A DNA stretch of 55,037 bases, from positions 1-55,037 of the forward strand of contig JACQPW010000033.1 of NCBI GenBank assembly GCA_016207285.1, written 5' to 3'. Source of the DNA: Candidatus Kerfeldbacteria bacterium. Its GTDB lineage: Bacteria > Patescibacteriota > Patescibacteriia > UBA9570. A model generated the notes under the pieces. That model was given only the letters and a program-made list of their open reading frames with translations. It was not told the origin of the DNA and did not search any database. Positions 1 through 10,800 of this stretch are shown piece by piece. The translations under genes were made by a program, and so were the position numbers. Numbering within the stretch: the stretch's first letter is position 1; every line of letters begins with the position of its first letter.

Positions 1-58
1 GGTGTGGGTGCGTGCCTGGCCATTTACTAAATTTTCCACCTATTAATTTATTCACCTT

Positions 59-1570
59 ATGCCTAAGAAAAAAGTAATGAAAACTGATAAAGCCGTTAAA
101 GCCCCTGCTGCCGCTGCGCCGGTGAAAAAAATGCGTCGTAAATTTGAACCACCCCAGCTGTTAAAGGGGATGAAGGATATTCTACCCGAAGAGCAGTCTT
201 ACCGGATGGTCATCTTACGCAAATTGGAAGATATTGCCATTGCCTATGGTTATCAACGCGTTGATACACCTATTTTAGAGCAGGCGTCCTTGTTTCAGCG
301 CTCAATTGGTGAGATGACTGATGTCGTGCAAAAAGAGATGTACACTTTCGAAGATAAATCAGGTGACCAAGTGGCCATGCGACCTGAGTTTACCGCTTCA
401 ATTGCTCGCTCCTACATTGAGCATGGGATGATGAACCGGACTCAGCCGGTGAAACTGTATACCATTGGACCCTTATTTCGTCACGACCGTCCGCAAGCTG
501 GTCGCTATCGCCAATTTTGGCAACTCGATTTAGAGGTGATCGGTGAAGGTCAGCCGATTATTGACGCCGAACTGATTGCCATTGGCTATTTCTTATTTAG
601 AGATTTAGGCTTAGAAGCCACTGTGCATATCAATAGTATTGGTGATGAGCAATGTCGTCCGCAATATATTCAAGTCCTGCAAGAATACTTCAAGGCGCGG
701 CGTAAAAATTTATGTGAAAATTGCAAGTTGCGCTTGAATAAGAGCACCCTACGCCTATTGGATTGCAAAGAACCAGCCTGCCAAGAGATTGCTCAAGATG
801 CTCCGCAAATCGTTGATCATTTATGTGCCCCTTGTCGTGACCACTTTGTGAAAGTGTTAGAGCACTTGGATGAAACTCAGATTCCCTATACCTTAAATGC
901 CAAAATTGTGCGTGGGTTAGACTATTATACCCGCACTGCCTGGGAATTTTTCCCAGTCGCACAAGGTGAGGAGCAAATGCAGAGTCAATCAGCCTTAGCG
1001 GGCGGCGGACGTTACGATACTTTGTTGGAGATGCTGGGTGCTACCCAACCCGTACCAGCCTCTGGCTTTGCCGCTGGCATTGAACGCTTAATCTTGGCCA
1101 TGAAGAACAAGAACATCATGCTACCTAGCTTGTATGTACCCGATGTCTATTTGGCTCAACTGGGTGCTTCGGCGCAAAAACGCTCCATTAGTTTGATGGA
1201 GCAATTGCGTCAAGCTGGTTTCAAGGTGTGGGGTAACTTGGTGAAAGAAAGTTTGTCGGCGCAACTGAAAGTAGCGAACAAATTAGCGGTTCGATTTACC
1301 TTAATCCTTGGCCAGAAAGAATTATTGGATGGCACTATCATTATTCGCGATATGGATAGTGGTTCGCAGGAAATCGTCGATATCAAGAAAATTGAAAAGG
1401 AACTAGCTAAACGGATTGAAAAAGCTCCTGCTTTGTCACCGAATCGATCAGTAGGTGCGTATGATGCCTTAGCTGCTAACCTAGAAGAGCAGCCCAACTT
1501 GGCACCAGAAGTGGTCACTCCAGCAGCCGTTGAGCCATTGCAGACCGAATTACCGATTGGTGATAAGTAA
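59..1570 (+). CDS. hisS: histidine--tRNA ligase (class II aaRS)
   Basis: 503-aa ORF. HisRS-type motifs are readable in the translation (AMRPEFTASIARSY, RQFWQLDLEVIG, ALAGGGRYD), with an anticodon-binding-like C-terminal domain (FTLILGQKE...IIIRDM). It has a Lys-rich ~25-aa N-terminal extension and a Pro/Ala-rich ~60-aa C-terminal extension. An alternative start ATG at 131 is preceded by GGTGA. Confidence 0.9.
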   Translation: MPKKKVMKTDKAVKAPAAAAPVKKMRRKFEPPQLLKGMKDILPEEQSYRMVILRKLEDIAIAYGYQRVDTPILEQASLFQRSIGEMTDVVQKEMYTFEDKSGDQVAMRPEFTASIARSYIEHGMMNRTQPVKLYTIGPLFRHDRPQAGRYRQFWQLDLEVIGEGQPIIDAELIAIGYFLFRDLGLEATVHINSIGDEQCRPQYIQVLQEYFKARRKNLCENCKLRLNKSTLRLLDCKEPACQEIAQDAPQIVDHLCAPCRDHFVKVLEHLDETQIPYTLNAKIVRGLDYYTRTAWEFFPVAQGEEQMQSQSALAGGGRYDTLLEMLGATQPVPASGFAAGIERLILAMKNKNIMLPSLYVPDVYLAQLGASAQKRSISLMEQLRQAGFKVWGNLVKESLSAQLKVANKLAVRFTLILGQKELLDGTIIIRDMDSGSQEIVDIKKIEKELAKRIEKAPALSPNRSVGAYDALAANLEEQPNLAPEVVTPAAVEPLQTELPIGDK

Positions 1571-1578
1571 TCCGCCCC

Positions 1579-1917
1579 ATGGATTGTATTTTTTGCAAAA
1601 TTGCTGCGCATGATATTCCAGCCAAGGTTGTTTTAGAAACTGATCAAGTGATTGTGATCCATGATATTGCACCAAAAGCCAAGGTGCATGTGTTGGCTAT
1701 TCCCAAGCAGCATCTGGTCACTTTTACTGATTTAACTGAAGACAATAAAGCACTCTTGGCGGAGCTCGGTTTGACGATCAAGCAAGCAGTGCAGCAACTG
1801 GGTATTGCAGAATCTGGTTATAAAGTGATCATCAATAACGGTCATGATGGTGGTCAGGCCGTACCGCATTTACATGCGCATGTCTTGGGCGGCGAACGAG
1901 TCAAAGGGATTACTTAG
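1579..1917 (+). CDS. HIT-family (histidine triad) nucleotide hydrolase
   Basis: 112 aa. Histidine-triad motif HLHAHVLGG near the C-terminus and an N-terminal CIFCKI, typical of HinT-like proteins. Confidence 0.85.
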   Translation: MDCIFCKIAAHDIPAKVVLETDQVIVIHDIAPKAKVHVLAIPKQHLVTFTDLTEDNKALLAELGLTIKQAVQQLGIAESGYKVIINNGHDGGQAVPHLHAHVLGGERVKGIT

Positions 1918-1929
1918 CGTTAGAATCAT

Positions 1930-3939
1930 ATGCGTCTGGCTATCATTTCAGTCATCCTCTGTAGTCTGCCAACTCTGGCTTTTGCTCGAACTCTGTTATT
2001 AGAGAACTATCAAAATATTCTGTCGTATTCTACTCAGTATCAGTCATCTTCCCTAGTACTTGGTAGGCATGATGCCTCGGGAGATTTTACCGGTGATGGT
2101 ATCAATGATCTGGTCTACTCGGATCCAAATGACAGTGGTCAAGATAAACGCACTGGTATGGTGCGCCTCTTGCCAGGCAATACTACCATCACAGATCCGA
2201 CTAAAGCGGATACTAGCCTACTGAAGAAAGGTAGTGTGGAAAATGAGCGGCAGGGAGCCAGCCTAAATTATATTGGTGATATCAATGGCGACGGCTTTGA
2301 TGAGATTTTTTCCAGTGGCAAGGTCGGGGATGCCTATCTGTATTTTGGAGCATCAGACCCAACCAATCGCTCTGAAACAGCCCTCACCAGTTTATATGAT
2401 TTCAATTGTTGCTTTGAGGCACTTGGTCCGGCCGATATCAATGGTGACAGTCAAGATGACTTAGTGATCGTTCATAATGATTTTTGGAGAACAGAAACGG
2501 CGGTTTATATTGCCTTTGGCCCCATCGACCCGACCACCGCCTTAACCATTACTGATGTAGCTGATGTGACTATCCCCAATCTGGGCAGGGGTGGTCGTAC
2601 GTATTCTCACAGTGCAACTGGAGACATCAATGGTGATGGATATGATGATTTACTATTAGCTGATGATACCACCTACCCAGACAAAGCTGTCTATCAAATT
2701 GTGTTTGGATCAACCAGCCTGCCAACCACAGTCACAGCATTCGATGCCACGATCGCCTCAAAATATGAACTCACTGACGTGTTGACTGGAGATGTGAACG
2801 GGGATGGCTTAACGGATATACTCTGTCGGCAGGCAAGCAGCAAAGGGTTTTATCTCATATTAGGTTCAGCCGACTTAGCTGGCGAAATCGGTTTAAAAAC
2901 AGCTGCCGTCTCTACCATCCCGTATACATTGGGAGAACCCGCCGAAATTGCCGATCTCAATGCTGATGGTTTAGATGACATCGTCATCGTGAAAGATGAT
3001 TTGGTTGGCTCACATAATCAATACGGTTCAGGGTATATTGTGAATGGGCGTACCGACTGGCCAGCCAGCCTTACTGAACAAGATGCCAGAAGTCAATTTA
3101 TTGGCGGTGGTATGTATGAAGAAATTCCTGTGATATCAGCCGGTGACATTGATGGCGATCAGAAAAATGATTTGATTGTTGGTTCACCATATTATCAGGC
3201 TGGTCAGCCAGCTCGCCTGTATTTACTCACTTCTCGAGATCAGGACAGTGATCAGTTTACTGGTCTATCCGGTGATTGTGATGATACTATCTCCACCATC
3301 AATCCGGATGAACGTGATGATACGGGTGATCAAGTGAATAATGATTGTGATGGTTACACCGATGAAGCTGCGACGTTCTCACCACTCCAAAATGGGAAGA
3401 TCGTGTCAGTTGAATTGTTGCCTTATCAGCAGTTGGTTATCACCTATGCAGATGATTCTAAGCAGAGTATTTTTTTAAGTGAATATAGTAACAAATCGAA
3501 CAAGTATTATAATGCCTTCCATATCCCAGAAACAAAGTTCATCGCTGTCATGAATAATGACTATGGTGACGGTGAAGAATTGTATGTCATGAATGGCTAT
3601 TCAGGAAAAACAGTTGCTCGAGTGGTGGAGCATGTTTCGAACGCATTTCAAACTAACGGTATTCTTCATCTGGATCATACTACTGCGTATGGGCAAGAAC
3701 TGCTGATTGGTGCCAATCATTACGAAGTGGGTGCCGGAGACTATTATTTTCCTACAGAAGTATATCTTTTTTCCGTAGATACAGTTACTGGGCAGATCAT
3801 CTGGCGAGATACTGTGGCTATTGATCAGTTGTACCGTCAAGTAGAGGTCAGGGGTAAAACAATCCAGTTGCTCATTAAGGGAAATACCGTAGCGCAGTTC
3901 AAGATTACCGCAGATCTCACATTAGAACAAACCGAGTAA
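1930..3939 (+). CDS. secreted FG-GAP/VCBS-repeat protein with MopE-like Cys/Asp motif and unknown C-terminal domain
   Basis: 669 aa with a signal-peptide-like N-terminus (MRLAIISVILCSLPTLAFA). Repeated Ca-binding-type loops: GDFTGDGINDL, GDINGDGFDE, ADINGDSQDDL, GDINGDGYDDL, GDVNGDGLTDI, ADLNADGLDDI, GDIDGDQKNDL. Motif DCDDTISTINPDE...NNDCDGYTDE lies at nt 3274-3366. Confidence 0.75.
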   Translation: MRLAIISVILCSLPTLAFARTLLLENYQNILSYSTQYQSSSLVLGRHDASGDFTGDGINDLVYSDPNDSGQDKRTGMVRLLPGNTTITDPTKADTSLLKKGSVENERQGASLNYIGDINGDGFDEIFSSGKVGDAYLYFGASDPTNRSETALTSLYDFNCCFEALGPADINGDSQDDLVIVHNDFWRTETAVYIAFGPIDPTTALTITDVADVTIPNLGRGGRTYSHSATGDINGDGYDDLLLADDTTYPDKAVYQIVFGSTSLPTTVTAFDATIASKYELTDVLTGDVNGDGLTDILCRQASSKGFYLILGSADLAGEIGLKTAAVSTIPYTLGEPAEIADLNADGLDDIVIVKDDLVGSHNQYGSGYIVNGRTDWPASLTEQDARSQFIGGGMYEEIPVISAGDIDGDQKNDLIVGSPYYQAGQPARLYLLTSRDQDSDQFTGLSGDCDDTISTINPDERDDTGDQVNNDCDGYTDEAATFSPLQNGKIVSVELLPYQQLVITYADDSKQSIFLSEYSNKSNKYYNAFHIPETKFIAVMNNDYGDGEELYVMNGYSGKTVARVVEHVSNAFQTNGILHLDHTTAYGQELLIGANHYEVGAGDYYFPTEVYLFSVDTVTGQIIWRDTVAIDQLYRQVEVRGKTIQLLIKGNTVAQFKITADLTLEQTE

Positions 3940-3948
3940 AGAAAGGGT

Positions 3949-3986
3949 TAGCTCGTGGAGCCAGCAGCGAGTACTGGACTTTTTTC
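3949..3986 (+). terminator. possible weak intrinsic terminator after the FG-GAP gene
   Basis: Short imperfect stem (CCAG...CTGG, 3961-3977) followed by a T6 run at 3980-3985. The stem is weak. Confidence 0.3.
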
Positions 3987-4006
3987 GAAAAGTCAAGTGA
4001 ACCAGA

Positions 4007-4036
4007 TTGACAACCTTGGGAAAGAAGTGGTATAGT
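4007..4036 (+). promoter_or_regulatory. sigma70-like promoter for the rpsU operon
   Basis: TTGACA (4007-4012), an 18-nt spacer ending in TGG, then TATAGT (4031-4036), giving an extended -10 TGGTATAGT. A strong SD, GAGGAGGTGA, lies at 4070-4079. Confidence 0.55.
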
Positions 4037-4085
4037 CCAAACGCAATTTGTTTATTATTTTTCTCACCTGAGGAGGTGAAATTTT

Positions 4086-4343
4086 GTGCCAGCTATTAGA
4101 GTGCAACGCAACGAAAACGAATCAAACGAAAGCCTAACGCGCCGTTTTGTTCGCAAAGTCCAAGCTAGCGGTAATTTAACCCTAGTGAAAAAGAAACAGC
4201 ATCGTGAACGTCCGGTCAGCAAACGATTGCAGCGTCGCAGCGCCATTCTCCGTTCCAAATCTCGTGATAAACGGGAACACTTACGGAAAATCGGTAAGCT
4301 CGATGAGATCCAAGATCGTTCTAAGCGGAAATTTCGTCGGTAA
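4086..4343 (+). CDS. rpsU: 30S ribosomal protein S21
   Basis: 85 aa, very basic, GTG start 6 nt after GAGGAGGTGA. The translation PAIRVQRNENESNESLTRRFVRKVQASG...KRLQRRSA resembles S21. Confidence 0.85.
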   Translation: MPAIRVQRNENESNESLTRRFVRKVQASGNLTLVKKKQHRERPVSKRLQRRSAILRSKSRDKREHLRKIGKLDEIQDRSKRKFRR

Positions 4344-4371
4344 AAATAAAGCTAAAAACCAAATATTGCGC

Positions 4372-4815
4372 ATGAGCGTTTTTGCCACCATCCAAACAGA
4401 CATGATTTCCGCCATGAAAAGCAAGGTAGAAATTGAGGTCTCCACGTTGCGTGGTTTAAAAGCGGCTATCCAAAAAGATGCGATCGACAGCAAGGGCTCG
4501 CCAGATGATGATCAGCGAGCTTTTGTTGTGTTGAAACAAGAGGCTAAAAAGCGGCAGGATTCTGTCCAAGCTTATCGGGCGGCTGGTCGGAATGATTTAG
4601 CCGATCAAGAGCAAGCGGAGTGGGAGTTGATTAAGCACTATTTGCCGGCACAGTTATCGGAAGCCGAAGTGAAGATCGTGGTGGATCAAGTGGTGCAGGC
4701 CAATGGGGACAATAAAAATTTTGGTTTGTTAATGAAACAGGTCATGCAACAGTTGGATGGTCAAGCCGATGGAAAGGTCGTATCCACTCTTTTGAAACAA
4801 GCACTGACTGTATGA
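4372..4815 (+). CDS. yqeY: GatB/YqeY-domain protein
   Basis: ATG at 4372 (Met57 of the listed 4204 ORF) gives ~147 aa. Typical YqeY pattern: IQTDMISAMKSK...LRGLKAAIQKD...QEAKKRQDSVQAYRAAGRNDLADQEQAEWELIKHYLP...FGLLMKQVMQQLDGQADGKVVSTLLKQ. Its position after rpsU matches the conserved rpsU-yqeY pairing. Confidence 0.8.
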   Translation: MSVFATIQTDMISAMKSKVEIEVSTLRGLKAAIQKDAIDSKGSPDDDQRAFVVLKQEAKKRQDSVQAYRAAGRNDLADQEQAEWELIKHYLPAQLSEAEVKIVVDQVVQANGDNKNFGLLMKQVMQQLDGQADGKVVSTLLKQALTV

Positions 4816-7800
4816 ACCGGTATAAACGTGCCTTGCAACTGTTCCTCGTCTCTGCCAGTGGTTGGGTTTTAACTACCCAGGCTGCCTGGGCGCAAGTCAA
4901 TACCAGTTTTGATTTTGTGTTAGGTGATACCTCGCCAATTGATATCATCATTGCGATCATTAATTGGACGTTAGGTATCTTAGCTCTGATCGCTGTAGTC
5001 ATCATTCTCTATGGGGGCTTTGTCTGGATGACCGCTCAAGGTGATGAGGAGAAGCTCACTAAAGCTAAAGCTATTTTACGTAATGCCTTGATCGGTTTGG
5101 TCATTATTTTGGCCTCATGGGGGATCGCCCGCTACATTATCAACTTGTTCCTTGATCTGACTGGGGCAACCAATGATGAATACTCGACACCGTATGAACC
5201 ATACGAATCATCCAGTGGTTCGCCGTTTTACGTTGATCATTCTAATCCAGCTGATGGCGACGAAGACGTTACGTTGTGTCATATTATTGCCGTTACTTTT
5301 TCTTACCCACTCAACGAATCATCCGTCGATTCCAGCAGCTTCACGGTCACGATTCCAGAAGATTCCGTCACTAACCCGGGTGGTGGGTTGGGCAATAGTG
5401 TGAGTTGTACCTCTGATAACCAGTGTTTGTCGGGTGTCTGCAGCGATGCGGGATCCTGTGATGGTGACGCTGTAGCTGGTTCATTTGCCTTTTCCGAAAG
5501 CAGCTATGCAGCGGTGTTTTATCCCAGTACGGATTACTTATCAGACACCACCTACCGGGTAGAATTAAGCACTGCCGTTGAAGGGATTAGCCCAGACACC
5601 GGTGCTGTTTATAATTTGACCTCTGGTGACGCCAAACGTATTTTTACCTTTACCACTGGTAATACCACTGATGATATTCCCCCCAAGGTAGACGTGACAG
5701 ACGTGACACCCTCCCCTGATGACGATGAAGCCGACATCTGTTTAAATCCAACGTTCCAAGTATCGTTTTCAGAGAGTTTGGATCCCGCCTCTCCAGCAGA
5801 CACCAATGTCTGGCTGTATGCGGCTGCCTCGACACCAACCGATAGTCTAGATTTAGGCACCATTCGTTTAACCAGTATTGGCGGTGAGGCTGATGATACG
5901 ATTGCGACCTCACCAGAATTAGAGCTGTCCAGTTACACCGACTATGGGTTAAGCCTGTATAGTGGTGACAGCACCACTGACACCTTTGAAGGGGCTATTT
6001 ATGATACCTGCGGCAATCCATTGAGTGGTGATTTTGATGATGATATGGAAGGTAGCCCGACGGATGATTTTGTCGATCCGGCTTCCAGTGGGTTAGATCA
6101 AGCCTTTTGTAGCTGCACAACGGGCACTGATAGTTGTAATGTCGATATCGGTAGTAGTAGTTGCGACGTAGATGCTGACACCACTTGTACATTAGACGCT
6201 ACCTGCAGTGATACCAGTGACGATTATGTTGGCTTCACATATCAATGGAACTTTACCACTGGTGACGAACCGTACTGTCTGCCTAATGTCGAAGATATTA
6301 CCCAGGAAGATTATTACTATAGTGAAGATGAAGACCCCACCGGAGATACCGGTAGTGAAGATACTGGGATCGTTTTGATTGAGGGGGAGTATCTGTATCC
6401 GTTCTATGATGTCGACTTTAATAACAATATGTCGGCAGCTGGGATGAACTGTTTTGATACCGATTTTACTTCCAGCATGTCCTGTTTTGTGGATAATATT
6501 GGCAGCACTGCCATCACTGTCCGTACCCCGGTAGCCAGCCAGACCGGACGCATTAGTGTTGAAAATGCTGATGGTGCCGATACGTCTGCCGACACAGCCA
6601 TCATCTTGTCGCCCTATGTGCGTAACACTTCCCCGTTAAGTGGGCCGCCCGGGCAGTATGTTACCATTCGCGGTTCCAACTTTATTGATTATGATCCAGA
6701 TGATACGACCAGTGAGCGTGGCCATGTTTATTTTGATGGAGTAGAGGTGGAAGTGATGTGTGATGATGGTTGGGATGATGATCAAATTATCGTCCGAGTG
6801 CCGGATGAGTATGTGGATGGTGACACGCCATTAATTCAGGTGTTGACCGTTGGGCCAGATGAGTCGGCTGATACCAGCGATGATAAATATAGTAACCATG
6901 AAGGGTTCACCGTCACCTCTGGCAACCCTGGGCCAGGGATTTGTGAGCTTGATCCTAGTTGTAGCGATAGTGGTTTAGATGATGTAGCGGTGATTGGTGA
7001 AAACTTTGGCACCTCTGGCACAGCCTATTTAGATCCGCCCGATGCTGACTATGAAGCTTGGCCAGCCTCGCAGTGGGATGTGTATAATTCTACCTATGAT
7101 AGTCAATCGGTTGTCACTGATGGTGCCAGCAGTCCATTCACAGCACCCAATGACTATACGTTGACCTTAGGTAACTCGGAAGGAATCAGTAATGGTCTAG
7201 ATTTTGATATTACCTGTCACGATTCTCCCCAGGTCTTTCAGTACTACCAGTGCGATTTAGAGCAAGATACCTACTATTTACCGAACCCAACTGGTTACAC
7301 GGATAATGCCTGCGTCAACAGCGTCATCTACTTTGGGTTTACCAATGACATGGATGATGCCACGGTCGAAGCCAATGCCACCATCTATCAATGTAATAGT
7401 ACGGCTACACCGTATGACGCCACTACCTGTACTACTTCCGTTGCTGGAACCTATGTGACCGATTACTTGAATGCCGCTTATCTTGGTGGTGACAGTAGTG
7501 ACACCTTAGATGGTACCGATGACATAGATGGTGACGGTGACATTAATGAATACGATGCCTATAGTGGCTACACCTTTTATCCAGACGGGGGTTTGGATGC
7601 TGCCTACTACTATTTGGTGACACTACCAGTAACCATTACCAATAAGGCCGGTGTCCCACTAGGGAGTGAATACAGCTGGTATTTTGCCGTCCGGGATGAT
7701 ACCGCTAATTGTGTGGCTGATTATTTAGCCTTGAATCCGGCTGCGCAACGGGTCAATAGTTATGATAGTTTTGATGCTTGTTTGGATCAGTATGAGTATA

Positions 7801-10800
7801 ACGATACTAGCTATTCGTTACGAGCTCGTCCAGCTACCTCTGATTGTTTGATCTTAAACGATGCCGGTGATTACGACTGGAGTGTGACGCAGCCAGTTGG
7901 TGCGGACATTTTAAGTTTTGGTGTGAACGATGCTACTACTACGGATATTGCTTATGGTACTACAACCACTACCACGACCAATGGTTATAATACCGTTTGT
8001 TTAGAAGGTGACGATGAGACCAATGATGGCTTAGCGACTGTATCAGCCGAGCTACTAGATTCTAGTGACGGTTCTGTGGCGGCTAGTGATGATGCTACCA
8101 TCGAAGTCGACTTTGGTTTCTGTACCCAAGATAGTGATTGTTACACCGAAGATTGTCGTGATACCTATTGTGATGCTACTACTTCGCATTGTGCTCCCGA
8201 TATTATTGCCTTTACCCCTAACAATAGCACTGGTTCTGACGTTGGCCCCAGTGGTTGTGTCACCTTGTCTGGTTGTTATTTTGGTAACGATCAAGATCAA
8301 GAAGGTTCGTGTACGTGTACGCAACTGGAAGTGAATGATTCCGATACGAGCGATAATGAAACCTGTAGTGTGGATGAAGGGGGCTATAATTGTTTGTTGC
8401 AAGATGGCATCCAAACCTGTAGTTTAGATGCCGATTATTGTGCGTTAGGTGAGACTTGTTCCACTGAATCTACCAGCGCCAATTATGATCTCGGTTTCTT
8501 CCGTGGTTGTGATTGTACGATGACCGATGGAACGGATCGCACCTGTCGCGTTGAAGAAGGCTATACCGAGTGTGTCGCTCAAGGTGATACAGAAACGTGT
8601 GATAGCACTGATAGTAGCTTTGTCGATGGTGGTACGGGTAGTGTTAGCTTTACGGATGCAGCTGCCACTGATTATCCGGCTTCTTTCCCATCGGAAGTGA
8701 TTTGTGAAGATATTTGGGATAACGATCAAGTGATCGCGCAGGTACCGGGCTCGGTGGCTGCGGGTGATTATAGTTTAACCTTAAACAGTTACTATAGTTT
8801 GACTGATATCTACGGTAGCGCCGGTGATGATGCTACAGAGTCAGATTGTACGGTGGGCAGTAACGCTACTCCTTGTTTGTGCCGCGCTGACCCAGATACG
8901 GGACGAGAAAGCACCACTACCGATTTATATGGTGAGGGTTTTGATCTTTTGACTACTGACGGTAATCAGGAGGTGACTTTTTCCCCTTCCACTAGCCGGT
9001 TACCGGCTGATGGTTCAGAAATCTGGACGAGTGCCAATTTCATTGATGAAGTCGTGGTACCAGAAGGGGCGGTGTCAGATGACGAAGGCGTGCAGTTGGA
9101 AAATGATACTTTAGCTTTAACCAGTAATGCTTTATCATTTTCAGTCAGTTGTGGCTCTAACTTAGATTGTGCCACTGGGTGTTGCAGTGCTGGTCAGTGC
9201 GCCACCGCTGAAACTTGTAATGCCTGCGAAAATAGTACAGATTGCACCTATGGAAGCTGCCTATCCGAATGCGCCGATGGCATGTGTGAACCCTACATTA
9301 TTGATGTTAGCCCAGAAGCTGGTGCAGTGGGTCAGCCAGTGACTATTCAAGGTTGTCATTTTGGAACGTACTATAATCCGTCCACCTATACAACAGGTAG
9401 TAAAGTGACTGTGGACGGTATTACCGCCGAATTAGCCTGTAGCGAAGTAGATTCTTGGAATAACCTGCAGATTATTGCCACGATGCCGGATGATATTTTT
9501 GTTGATACCTCTGACACCACGGCCGATGTTGTCGTTACTCAAGTGTATACCAGTGGTGGTGCCCAGGTAGCCCAAACCAGCAACACGGCCGTCTTTAGCC
9601 AGGATGAGAGTTGTTCGGAAGTTGATCTACCAGTATTGTGCGATGCTACCCCAGGCTATAGTCCGTTGACGACCAGTTATGATGTGACCCTAGAAGGGGA
9701 GCAGTTTGCGGATGAAGATAGCGGTTACTGCACCTGTAACACCACTTCCTTAGGTGATTGTGAGATTGCAGAGGGTTCCGCCTCTTGCACGGTTTCTGCT
9801 ACCACCACCTATTATGTCAATCCAGATTTCACCTCTGAAACCTGTGCTACGACCACCTCTAATGCCTATAGTGTCTATGATGGTACGCTTGGGTATTGTG
9901 TGTATACCGATCCTGATGGTGCCACCACAGTGTATTTAGATCCAGAGGATCCTACAGAAGTCTGTGCGACCACGACCACATCAGCTGATACCAATGGTTA
10001 TTCGACCTATTCAGCGACCGATGGGTACTGTACGTACACTGATCCTACAGATGCAACACAGACCTGTGTGATAGCCGTAGGCAACGCTAGTTGTAGTGTA
10101 TGTACCATACCGGTTGACAGCAGCACCTGCTCATTAACGGCTAGCGAGACCTGTTATGTGGATGAAGACGCTACATCAACCACCTGTTCTTCCTCTGTGA
10201 GTAACTTCACCAATTTAGATGGTTCGGCTGAATATTTCAATGATGTGACAGCCAGTGTGGACTGGACTCAATATTACGACACTCAATATATTACCGATGT
10301 GCCCGATGGTTCTGAAACCGGTGATGTACTGGTTATTGCCACTACCGATGCTGGCACCCAATGCAGCAGTAATGGTCTGGAATTCCCAGTCACGTGTGAT
10401 AGTTGCAGTGAGTGTGGTAGCACGCGGGATAACTTATTGAACTGTAATTTGGATTACGATCCCAGTTTTGGTAGTTGCACGGCGGACACCGCTGGGTTCT
10501 GTCGGGATGAACCAGATTCCTGTTGTAATCTATCTAGTTGTGCGTATGATGATAGTGATGGTACAGATACCGGCACCTGTGCCGCTCAACCGATTATTCA
10601 GTTTGACGATGAAGATGCCGATGCCTTGAGTGACTACATCGAAAGTGACTACAGTATGGATGCCGGGTTACAAGATACGGATGATGATGACACGATTGAT
10701 TCTGACGAAGTCGGCGTAGATAATGGTAATTATGCCCTGGATGTGATTGATTCAGCGACCTTCCCCACACCTGGTCAAAATCCTGTCTGTTCTAATGCAC

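Noticed and set aside
4204-4371. N-terminal 56 codons of the listed 203-aa ORF
   Set aside because: This part overlaps rpsU out of frame and has junk-like composition. YqeY homology begins at Met57 (ATG 4372).
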